Origin: a virus
Reading direction: 5' to 3' (one strand)
Length of the DNA stretch: 64,000 nt
Virus record (IMG/VR): IMGVR_UViG_3300028888_000121
Location: 8,313 to 72,312 of that record
In this document: positions 29,701 to 36,808 of the stretch, piece after piece
Layout of the letters: the number at the start of each line of letters is the position of its first letter
How positions within the stretch are numbered: position 1 is the stretch's first letter
Made by a program: the position numbers and the translations under genes
The notes under the pieces: generated by a model
The model's input: only the letters and a program-made list of their open reading frames with translations
Database searches by the model: none
Told to the model about the DNA's origin: nothing

Positions 29701-30183
29701 TACCCGGTCAAGCTTCAAGGAATTGAATACATGGTCGGATGCTACGAGGCGATGGGAGATACCATGCTGATCTACGGTGCCAACAACGGAGTGAACTGCT
29801 GCACGCCTTGGGTATGCAGAGATGCCACAAAACTGTCTACGAGCAAGACGAGCGATTATGTGAGCTGCGGTCTTGGCATTCCGACACCGGCCTCTGCTGC
29901 GTGGCAGTATCCGAAACAGATGCACGGAGACAATGACCTGCCAGAACTGATCTTCCCAGTAGATAACGGCGGAAGCACCTCCGGTGGCCCACGCGATGGT
30001 TTTTACACGCTTGCCAATACGAGCGGCACCTATGAGTGGCTGCGCCTCGGCCGCCTGTACTACGGCGTCGGGGATGCTGGGTTGTCGTGCGGTCTCGGTG
30101 GCTGCGGCCTCGCGTACGCGTACTGGAGCATCGGCGGGCGGCTTTCTGTAACCGGTAATAGGGGTGAATTCCAAGCGGCCTAA
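26776..30183 (+). CDS. DGR target protein: 1135-aa tail fibre/receptor-binding protein with a C-terminal variable region
   Basis: AGGAAGGAGA RBS. The N-terminal part has two families of ~50-aa tandem repeats. The C-terminal 36 codons (nt 30036-30141) form the VR cognate of the downstream template repeat. Positions that are AAC/AAT codons in the TR are diversified here. Confidence 0.85.
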   Translation: MPTIEEHDGLVDVKTNLGHVSAYAIAKAHGFEGTEAEWEAMIANAGTYGQQAMASQAAAETAKNAAETAQAAAEAAQAAAEDARDRTGEELANKVDVVAGKGLSSNDYTDAEKEKLAAIEEGANKNVTVDWNATYGDAFIRNKPRNLVQDENYVHTDNNLTDALLEKLENIEAGGQVNVQGDWTETDTESDAFIRNKPENLVQDANYVHTDENFTSAQRQKLQNIEAGAEVNVQADWTAVSGDAAILNKPEHLVQDADYVHTDNNYTTEEKMKLAGVEAGAEVNVQADWAETDSTSDAFIKNKPLTDVDNALSDTSTDPVQNKVVKAALDEKVDKVAGMQLSQNSFTNGEKEKLASIETGATNVTVDSAISQNSDNPVSSKAIYTELSKKVNSSGSKQLSDENFTSEEKTKLAGIQNGATNVSVDVAITQNSNNPVTSAAIYAELAKKVDADGGAGLSDNNFTDAYKEKLDGIASEATKTIVDATITENSTNPVTSAAVFAALATKVDADGGAGLSDNNFTDAYKTKLEGIEAGANKITVDSATSTTSTNPVQNKVITGAVNTENTRATTAENDIKNNLIAVSDTQPTAATTKLWVNTNSDEDTVMIPTLEDVAASWFVDSDYKAKMKKYFELSGCNAMQDLTSICDKWYRATRTGWTGGVRFAVPASGAAANSDGTKTGDNAGLTCVPSTTEQANTDDYKNLPLFACVDCNVYLDDTGKPHITGIDGVGGVFERNNPEKIVGVLQMAGWVRFVNNGETYGWDYTDEENASGFHPLSEAVELADNSVRSWVVHGKYNFGENWTCCSGVKTKVWNVSHNTQLSGVRTQWGTRYCGATSADDAWLKLMLYLKYGQLDSDRILHGCNNYNYEYQPALAETGVERILLTTAQAANLIVGSTIVLAASKRAQSNVLDRVRITEIRTVEVDGASYGAVYVDNGGTTFDTTTEMWLSTMQWYTGSTDDVLGNDGGIDPASDKYPVKLQGIEYMVGCYEAMGDTMLIYGANNGVNCCTPWVCRDATKLSTSKTSDYVSCGLGIPTPASAAWQYPKQMHGDNDLPELIFPVDNGGSTSGGPRDGFYTLANTSGTYEWLRLGRLYYGVGDAGLSCGLGGCGLAYAYWSIGGRLSVTGNRGEFQAA
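30036..30141 (+). repeat. DGR variable repeat (VR)
   Basis: The 106 nt are collinear with TR segment 1 (30261-30324) plus TR segment 2 (30518-30559). There are 15 mismatches and every one falls on an adenine of the TR. The 3' end is the GC run GGCGGGCGG. Confidence 0.85.
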
Positions 30184-30195
30184 GACGCTTGGAAG

Positions 30196-30212
30196 AGGGG
30201 ACTTTGTCCCCT
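30196..30212 (+). promoter_or_regulatory. GC-rich hairpin downstream of VR (candidate DGR homing-associated hairpin, or a transcription terminator)
   Basis: aggggac-ttt-gtcccct forms a 7-bp G/C-rich stem 55 nt after the VR end and 13 nt after the target stop codon. Confidence 0.45.
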
Positions 30213-30260
30213 TATAAAACAATAACAAATTGGGATGGATTGTGCATCCGCTGGTGCCCG

Positions 30261-30324
30261 GTGGCTGCGCCTCGGCAACCTGAACAACGGCGTCGGGAAT
30301 GCTGGGTTGTCGTGCGGTAACGGT
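30261..30324 (+). repeat. DGR template repeat, 5' segment (TR-a)
   Basis: 64 nt matching VR 30036-30099 with 7 mismatches, all at TR adenines. In VR phase it reads W L R L G N L N N G V G N A G L S C G N G. Confidence 0.85.
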
Positions 30325-30517
30325 AAGCAAATTGCCCCTTCATATGGCGACATATGATTGAACTTCGAATAACGGGGGAAGCCTAAATCTTGAAAAAGAC
30401 AAGGTAATCCCGTGGCGTCAACTATGAAAATAGAACGCCCGAACGACTGACAAGAAGCATCTCTTTTGTGGAGATGATGATACAGTCTACTCCATGCGGA
30501 AACGTATGGTAATCAGG
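30325..30517 (+). other. 193-nt intervening sequence splitting the DGR template repeat; candidate self-splicing (group-I-like) intron or other excisable structured RNA
   Basis: It has no counterpart in VR. The flanks join exactly between codons (ggt|aac) and together reconstitute a continuous 106-nt TR. The 5' exon ends in U and the insertion ends in G. Two GNRA-capped hairpins are present: catatg-GCGA-catatg (30341-30356) and ccatgcg-GAAA-cgtatgg (30492-30509). There is no ORF, and stops occur in the TR frame. Confidence 0.45.
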
Positions 30518-30559
30518 AACAACGGCCTCACGAACGCGAACTGGAACATCGGCGGGCGG
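30518..30559 (+). repeat. DGR template repeat, 3' segment (TR-b)
   Basis: 42 nt matching VR 30100-30141 with 8 mismatches, all at TR adenines. It reads N N G L T N A N W N I G G R. It shares the GGCGGGCGG 3' end with VR, after which the sequences diverge. Confidence 0.85.
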
Positions 30560-30787
30560 ATTTTTAGAATGATTTTGACACGAATTTGATGAGAGGCGAT
30601 ATGCCTCAAGCACAATTATTCCCACGCTGCGGCGAAAATGTGTCGTTCCGGCACCGGGGGCAGTTATGAGATTTGAAACTGATCCCCGGGTGTATGACGA
30701 ATAAGGTCATGCACGGGCTTAGTAGAAAAACCGAAAGGCCCTGAGATTCAAAAAGATTCTTTGCCATTGGAGGGATAGACCTTAAAC

Positions 30788-31975
30788 ATGAAAACGTACT
30801 GCAAAAAGGTAGATCCCTCTGATGTTTCTACGATTGAACCGTTTATTTATGATGCTTTGTATTCCAAGCTTGGCCGCAAAGACTATTCTGACTTTGTTTC
30901 AAGATACTGCGACATGCGCCCGAAAGAGATTCGAAAAAAGAAGCATGAAGGTATCGCGCACTATCCGGAACTGGAAAAGGCGGTCAGAAACATTGCGCTG
31001 GATATATCTTTGAGGATCAGGCAGCGGTCATTGGATTTGGAGCCTATACGGTTTTCTGTGCGCACGGATGGCCTGAGCAAGAAAACGAGAATTATAGGCA
31101 TTGAGAGCGTGATACAGCAGATCATTGAACATGTTGCTGTCGGCTGCATGACTGAGCTTTGGAAAGCAAAGTATGAGTATCACCAGTATGCAAGTATCAA
31201 AGGGAAGGGTCAACTAAAGGGCGCAAGGGCAATACAGAGATGGACAGAAGAGGGCAAGACAAAATACTTCGTAAAGTTGGATGTGAGAAAGTGCTTCCAA
31301 AGCCTGAGCCGCGAAACTGCGATGCGCTGGCTTAAAAGAGATATTGGGAAAAACGGTCAAATGCTTTGGCTTGTGGACTCTCTCTTGACAATGCACGGAG
31401 AAGGTCTTGTGATCGGAAGTCTTCTGTCACAGTTCTTATGCAACTATTTTATGAGTTATGCGTATCGGTATGTGATGTCGCTTTCAAAAGAAAGACGGGG
31501 TAAGAAAATTAATATGGTTTCCTGTGCTCTGTTCTATATGGATGACATATTGCTGTGCAGCAATGACCGAAGAAATCTCGTCATGGCGGTAAGAAAACTG
31601 ATCGCCTATATGAAGAAAAGTTTTGGACTGGACATCAAACCAGAATGGCATGTCAAGCGTCATGTGGACTGCGGCATTGATATGATGGGGTATGTGATCA
31701 AGTATAACGGCAAACTGAGAATACGTCCCAGAGTGTTCATACGGGCCCGCAGAGCTTTCGTGCGGTCTGCAGAAGGTGATAACTCAATCAAGATTCAAAC
31801 TCGCGTAGCGTCTTATTACGGCTTCTTCAAAGCGGCAAGGATTATGAAGCTGAGGACGGTACATTTTATTCCGAAAACCGGAAAGAGACGAACAGTCAAC
31901 GTCCGGGCAATGCAGAAGAAATCAGCTATACTGACAGGTGCAGAAGCAAGGAGGGAAATGGAATGCGCTGCATAA
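30788..31975 (+). CDS. DGR reverse transcriptase
   Basis: 395-aa ORF with the catalytic YMDD motif (LFYMDDILL) and the DGR-characteristic (I/L)GxxxSQ motif (VIGSLLSQFLCNYF). It begins 228 nt downstream of the TR. Confidence 0.9.
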   Translation: MKTYCKKVDPSDVSTIEPFIYDALYSKLGRKDYSDFVSRYCDMRPKEIRKKKHEGIAHYPELEKAVRNIALDISLRIRQRSLDLEPIRFSVRTDGLSKKTRIIGIESVIQQIIEHVAVGCMTELWKAKYEYHQYASIKGKGQLKGARAIQRWTEEGKTKYFVKLDVRKCFQSLSRETAMRWLKRDIGKNGQMLWLVDSLLTMHGEGLVIGSLLSQFLCNYFMSYAYRYVMSLSKERRGKKINMVSCALFYMDDILLCSNDRRNLVMAVRKLIAYMKKSFGLDIKPEWHVKRHVDCGIDMMGYVIKYNGKLRIRPRVFIRARRAFVRSAEGDNSIKIQTRVASYYGFFKAARIMKLRTVHFIPKTGKRRTVNVRAMQKKSAILTGAEARREMECAA

Positions 31976-32292
31976 GTGTATCTGCTGAGAAGCAGAAAGA
32001 TGTTGAAGTAAATATCTTTGATGGAACTGCGCACATCTATCTCAGAACCGGTCATGTAGAAAAGACCGGCGAAGGTGAAGGCTCTGAGGGCGGAAACTAC
32101 TGGGAATGCGAAGAGGCATATATGACCTGCGATGCGGATGACGCTCCGGCAATTGATGAGATCGGAGAAGCGTTTGACGCGTGGTTTGGTTATGTGTCTG
32201 ACTGGCAGGCACCGAAAGAGAAGACCCTGAAAGAGCTTCAGGCAGATATCGAATATATAGCGGCAATGTCCGGTATTGATTTGGAGGTGTAA
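31963..32292 (+). CDS. hypothetical acidic protein overlapping the RT 3' end
   Basis: 109-aa ORF rich in Asp/Glu. It is not Avd-like, since Avd proteins are basic. Confidence 0.35.
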   Translation: MRCISVSAEKQKDVEVNIFDGTAHIYLRTGHVEKTGEGEGSEGGNYWECEEAYMTCDADDAPAIDEIGEAFDAWFGYVSDWQAPKEKTLKELQADIEYIAAMSGIDLEV

Positions 32293-32295
32293 CCG

Positions 32296-32466
32296 GTGGC
32301 ACTTCACAGCAAAAACTATCTTATGATCAAGAGAAATTTTGACCGGCAGCTTTGGAGCGTTGACAAGGTCAGAAGCCTTGTCGGTGTGCCGAGAACCGGA
32401 ATCACAGCGGCGGAATTCTTTGAGATAACAGGCGAGGAATTCGGCCCAGAGACTACCGAAAGCTGA
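32296..32466 (+). CDS. possible small protein (56 aa)
   Basis: GTG start 5 nt after a GGAGGTG RBS. It falls below the 60-aa cutoff of the ORF track. Confidence 0.3.
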   Translation: MALHSKNYLMIKRNFDRQLWSVDKVRSLVGVPRTGITAAEFFEITGEEFGPETTES

Positions 32467-32479
32467 GGTTGTACTTGAC

Positions 32480-32647
32480 ATGAAGAAAGCTTTGGTATTG
32501 GAAAAAGAAGACATTCGCAAGATCCTTGCTGAGAAGTACAAGGTGGACAGCAAGAGTATTATCACAAATGCTTATTCGTACACGGTTGTTCTGGATGACA
32601 TAGAAGATACGGATAAGCCCGATAATTCAGTAGAGGGCGGTGGTTAA
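32480..32647 (+). CDS. possible small protein (55 aa)
   Basis: ATG ORF ending 3 nt before the next gene. It falls below the ORF-track cutoff. Confidence 0.25.
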   Translation: MKKALVLEKEDIRKILAEKYKVDSKSIITNAYSYTVVLDDIEDTDKPDNSVEGGG

Positions 32648-32650
32648 TCT

Positions 32651-34798
32651 ATGGCATTGGAGTTCAAAAGAAACAAGCTCAATGTAAAAGACGGAACCGG
32701 TACATTCGTTGAGATTCCAGTTCTCGGTGAGCAGGAAACCGAAAAAGCAACTGCCGGTGAGCTCGCAATTGAGGTAAGCAGAGCGACTGCTGCAGAAGAT
32801 GCTCTTGCAGAGCAAGTCAGCCGTCTTCAAAAAGTGGTGGGTTCTCCGTTCGTTGCGAACACTGCTGCGAGCATGACAAACACTGACAGAGTGTATGTGT
32901 ATACCGGCAGCGAATCGGGTTATACAGCGGGCAATTGGTACTACTACGACGGCAGCGCTTGGGTGTCTGGCGGTGTATATAATTCCGCAGGAATGAATAC
33001 TGACACGACGCTTGCAATGGCCGGAATTCCTGCTGACGCAGAAGCCACGGGAGAAGCGGTTGCTGAGTTAAGTCGCCAATTAAGTGACTTAGAGGACACC
33101 GTCACCGACTCCACCACCGGACTTGACACCAAAGCTCCTGTGATCTTGGAGACAGCCTCCGGAGCAATCGCCAGCTTTTCCGACGGTGCGGATTCAATGC
33201 CTATCAAGAAGCTGGTGGCGCAGATCGAGCCTGTGCAGGATTTGCACGGGTATAGCAATCCGTGGCCTGCGGGTGGCGGAGCTAACAGATGGGATGAAGA
33301 GTGGGAAGATGGAAATATTGATGCCAACGGTAATAAGGTAACTGCTACAACTCTTATAAGGAGCAAGAACTATATTCAGGTCGAACCTAACACAACGTAT
33401 TGTACAAATGTTTTCAGAGTGTTTGAGTATGATGAGAGCAAACATTTCCTGTTAAGGACGCAGGTGGCAAACGATTTTACAAAGACCGAAGTATTTACAA
33501 CGCAAAGCACCACCCGTTATTTGCTGTTCGTTATGGCTACTTCATACGGCACAACATACAACAACAACATCGCTATCAACTACCCATCAACAGTAACCAC
33601 CTACTCCCCCTACTCCAACATCTGCCCGATCAGCGGATGGACTGGGGCGGAGATTGAGCAGACGGGTGTGAATGTGTGGGATGAAGAGTGGAGAATTGGA
33701 TATTATACATCTACGGGCGAGTATTCAAGAGTTGATAATTGTATTGCGAATGTAAATCCAATTAGTGTTAAGCCAAACACACGGTATTATTTATATATGG
33801 ACTCGAGATATGTAAATAGTGCGCGCGTTGTGTACAGGGATTTAAACCGTAACTTCATATCAGCCGTGAGTCTTGGGAACGTATTTGCTTTTACAACCCC
33901 TAATAACTGCTATTTTATTGATTTCGGCACCTTCACAGCACCGGCTGTAACTGCATATAACAACGACATCAGCATCAACTACCCAGCAACAGACACCACC
34001 TACCACCCCTACACCGGCAACCAAATCTCCGTCAACTGGGAAGACGAAGCTGGGACAATCTACGGTGGCACGGTCACGCTCAATGAGGATGGGTCTGCGG
34101 ATGTAATAAGTCGTTATCAACTTAAAGCACTTAATGGTAGTGAAACTCCACAGGGGGGATATGCCGTAAATGCAAATACTGTTAGCAGATATTTCACTAT
34201 ATTACCTAGGACTCCTATTAATAACCCAGCATCTATTTCCGAAGAAGGATACATGCCTTTTCTAAAAAGTAATTTGTTCCAAGTGAAAAGTAGAAGTGTT
34301 TGGGGTTCTGCGGCAGAAAATAATGTTTGGTGTTGGACTATTAATAACTATGATCAGTTGCACTTAGCTTTCAGTAATAATGCATTGGGCATTACAACTG
34401 AAAGTTCTTCCGCAGAAGTTGATGCCGCTGTAAAAGCGTGGCTTGCGAATAACCCTTGTTATTTCACTTTGCCATTAACGGAAGAGAACTATCAAACCTA
34501 CCATTTCGACAACATCGGCCAGCTCTACACCTTCCTCGGCACAAACAACGTCTGGTGCGATACCGGAGACGTAGAGGTAACTTATCCCGCTGACACCAAG
34601 CTGTTCATCGAGAAGCTCACCCAGCCGACAGAGGATGATATGACGGCAAATGCCAACATTGCCGCGAACACCTTCTTCATGATCGGCAACACCTTGTATT
34701 TCAGCACTGCCGCAATCGCACAGGGAGCAACGATTATTCCAGGCACTAACTGCAATGTGGTAAGCCTTGCAGATGCACTCAATCAACTCAATACCTGA
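32651..34798 (+). CDS. tail fibre protein, paralogous in its N-terminal module to ORF 13960..15930
   Basis: 715-aa ORF containing YVYTGSESGYTAGNWYYYDGSAWV, which matches YAYTGSERGYTTNKWYSYSGSAWV in ORF 13960..15930. No VR-like C-terminus is present. Confidence 0.55.
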   Translation: MALEFKRNKLNVKDGTGTFVEIPVLGEQETEKATAGELAIEVSRATAAEDALAEQVSRLQKVVGSPFVANTAASMTNTDRVYVYTGSESGYTAGNWYYYDGSAWVSGGVYNSAGMNTDTTLAMAGIPADAEATGEAVAELSRQLSDLEDTVTDSTTGLDTKAPVILETASGAIASFSDGADSMPIKKLVAQIEPVQDLHGYSNPWPAGGGANRWDEEWEDGNIDANGNKVTATTLIRSKNYIQVEPNTTYCTNVFRVFEYDESKHFLLRTQVANDFTKTEVFTTQSTTRYLLFVMATSYGTTYNNNIAINYPSTVTTYSPYSNICPISGWTGAEIEQTGVNVWDEEWRIGYYTSTGEYSRVDNCIANVNPISVKPNTRYYLYMDSRYVNSARVVYRDLNRNFISAVSLGNVFAFTTPNNCYFIDFGTFTAPAVTAYNNDISINYPATDTTYHPYTGNQISVNWEDEAGTIYGGTVTLNEDGSADVISRYQLKALNGSETPQGGYAVNANTVSRYFTILPRTPINNPASISEEGYMPFLKSNLFQVKSRSVWGSAAENNVWCWTINNYDQLHLAFSNNALGITTESSSAEVDAAVKAWLANNPCYFTLPLTEENYQTYHFDNIGQLYTFLGTNNVWCDTGDVEVTYPADTKLFIEKLTQPTEDDMTANANIAANTFFMIGNTLYFSTAAIAQGATIIPGTNCNVVSLADALNQLNT

Positions 34799-34813
34799 TA
34801 GGAGGATAAAACA

Positions 34814-35083
34814 ATGAAGTATCTTGTAACTGAAATCCAGAGCTTCCACGGTGGTGCTACCGCCACTCCGACCTATGCGTATGACAGCGCAAACTATGAC
34901 ACTCAGGACAAAGCCCAGCAGGCCGCAAGAGCGAAGTATCACCAGCTTCTCGCCGGTGCGGCTGTCTCTCAGGTTCCCATGCACACCGTCATGATGTACA
35001 CGGATGAGGGCTTCTTCATCGATTCTGAGAAGTTTGAGCATGAGGTTCAGCCAACGCCCGAACCGACTCCTGAACCGGCTTAA
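34814..35083 (+). CDS. hypothetical small protein
   Basis: 89-aa ORF with GGAGGA RBS. Confidence 0.4.
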   Translation: MKYLVTEIQSFHGGATATPTYAYDSANYDTQDKAQQAARAKYHQLLAGAAVSQVPMHTVMMYTDEGFFIDSEKFEHEVQPTPEPTPEPA

Positions 35084-35592
35084 GAGGCATAATCGTTTGT
35101 CACTAAAATGGAACGGCTTATGACAGAAGAACAAGCAATAGCCTTTTTCATCCTGCAAGCTCTGCAAATATATCTATTGTGGGGCATCTTTATGAATATG
35201 AGAAAGTGATTTAAAGGAGAGCGAAAAATGATCAGAATCACGAAGGACGGCATATACGAATACCATCTTGTCTTTTGGCGAATATGTATTTGCAAGAACA
35301 GGAAACACCCGGTCATGAAAGGTAAGACTCTAGTCACTTAACGGAGGACGAAGACATGAATCAAGAAGACATAAATCAAGAAGACATAGCGTGCATCATG
35401 AATGCCATCAACGATGCTATAAGTGGACTTGGATATATCGCTGTTGGGTATGACAATACTAATACGTTTTTGAACGTAACTATTGAGCATAACTGATTTA
35501 GCGACTTCATTTAACGGGCCTAATTAGGTGATTCAGGAACCCAATTATTGACCCGGAACACCGGGCATGATAAAATGAAGAAGGGGCGAGAC

Positions 35593-35793
35593 TTAATAGC
35601 CTCGCTCCTCCAACCACGGGATGATGGCCTTACTTAATGCCCACGCTTTGGAACGTTCTTCGTCTGTGCAATACTTGTCGAGCCTTGCATAGACATCAGG
35701 AGGAAGAGTGCAGCTGAACTTGACGAACTTCTCTCCGGCTTCCTTTGCCGATCCAAAACGGGGGCGGCCTCGCTGAGTTTCTTTCTCAGTCAT
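35593..35793 (-). CDS. putative ribbon-helix-helix (CopG/Arc-like) DNA-binding protein
   Basis: This is the only convincing minus-strand gene. It has a GAGGTGA RBS. The N-terminal RGRPRF-type basic stretch followed by two helices is typical of RHH regulators. Confidence 0.5.
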   Translation of the reverse strand: MTEKETQRGRPRFGSAKEAGEKFVKFSCTLPPDVYARLDKYCTDEERSKAWALSKAIIPWLEERGY

Positions 35794-35945
35794 AGGGCAT
35801 CACCTCAGATCAATAATACCATGACTGTCAAGGAGGACGCTATGATCAACTGGGAAGTTGTTGATGTTTTTGCGAGGATTGCAACATGCATCGGATTCGG
35901 AATGTTTCTGCACTGGCTTATCTTTGAGGACAGGAGATAATCAAA

Positions 35946-36194
35946 ATGGATTGTAGATGTTGCAAGCACTGGTATTCTTGCCCACTTGGAAAGTCAGGGC
36001 ATGACAGAGGAACGTCTGTTGGGTATTCCAGTGGCGTATGTACGGAATGGGAGGAAAGCAAACTCCGAACCTATATCGAGCTAATCAAAGAAGGAGTTAC
36101 TCCGTGGAGTAGATTTACCATCTTTCTCAGAATCGTTTGGAACAGTCTCCCACGCCGCCGCCTGTATTGGCACAACGGTAAGCGGTATGATTAA
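35946..36194 (+). CDS. hypothetical small Cys-containing protein
   Basis: 82-aa ORF. Confidence 0.35.
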   Translation: MDCRCCKHWYSCPLGKSGHDRGTSVGYSSGVCTEWEESKLRTYIELIKEGVTPWSRFTIFLRIVWNSLPRRRLYWHNGKRYD

Positions 36195-36432
36195 TCAGGA
36201 AGTCGAAGCCGTTAAGAATCTATGTGATCAGATAGGATATGGTAATGCAATGCTGATCGCAAGCGCATTGTGGAAAATTCAGCTCATAGAGTCTGGACTT
36301 TCTGAAGAAGCCGCAAGCGATGCGGCATTCGTTCCGACATGTTTGCCGTTCCTCAAGAAGAAGTGGCAAAAAACGACCGCCGGGGAACGTGATAACATGA
36401 TGCGATTGATTGACAACGGCAAAAACGCTTAG
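36187..36432 (+). CDS. hypothetical small protein
   Basis: 81-aa ORF overlapping the upstream gene. Confidence 0.35.
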   Translation: MINQEVEAVKNLCDQIGYGNAMLIASALWKIQLIESGLSEEAASDAAFVPTCLPFLKKKWQKTTAGERDNMMRLIDNGKNA

Positions 36433-36749
36433 TCACTTAAATGGGTTTTCGTGCATGGGCTGAAAATGCCCGTAAATACTGGGGTTTTCAGGCCTCGAAA
36501 ATTGACAGGCCTACTTAAAAACCTAAAAATTTTTGAAGTAAGCTCCAACGGGTCCATGTTTTTTGGACTTGTTGGAGCCTTCTTCGCGGCGAAAATATAA
36601 GCCGTGACTGTATGTTTATAAGTACGCGAAGCGCGGAGATTCCGCACAGAATGCGGACAGCAATGCCGTGAGCAGCAACGCAGCCAGAGACAAAAAATGA
36701 GGCGAAGGTATATCTCCATTATATCACATGTTCTCTCAAAACTGAAGTC

Positions 36750-36777
36750 TTGATATGTACAAATATTAGTGTATAAT
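36750..36777 (+). promoter_or_regulatory. sigma70-type promoter upstream of the recombinase gene
   Basis: TTGATA, then 16 nt, then TATAAT with an upstream TG. It lies 32 nt before the recombinase RBS. Confidence 0.5.
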
Positions 36778-36808
36778 TGAGGCGAGAACATGAAAGGAGG
36801 ATACCTAA

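Larger units (their letters stand above)
26776..31975 (+). mobile_element. diversity-generating retroelement cassette (target gene with VR, split TR, reverse transcriptase)
   Basis: The components are in the canonical order target-VR-TR-RT. The mismatch pattern is adenine-specific. The reverse transcriptase carries DGR-type motifs. Confidence 0.85.

Noticed and set aside
30355-30385. tRNA-like T-loop motif (ttcgaat) inside the TR-interrupting sequence
   Set aside because: There is no matching acceptor or anticodon stem arrangement. This is an isolated motif.
30183-30788. Search for an avd gene between the target and the RT
   Set aside because: The only + strand ORF there (30233-30355, 40 aa) is simply the template repeat read in frame. 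The minus-strand ORF 30422..30625 (67 aa) overlaps the putative intron and TR-b and has no helical-bundle character.
31963-32292. The 109-aa ORF after the RT as an Avd candidate
   Set aside because: It is strongly acidic. Known Avd proteins are basic.
35548-35576. TTGACC-17-TAAAAT promoter-like sequence on the + strand
   Set aside because: It would transcribe antisense to the RHH gene. It is more likely either chance or the minus-strand gene's terminator region. It is mentioned only in the recombinase-region finding.
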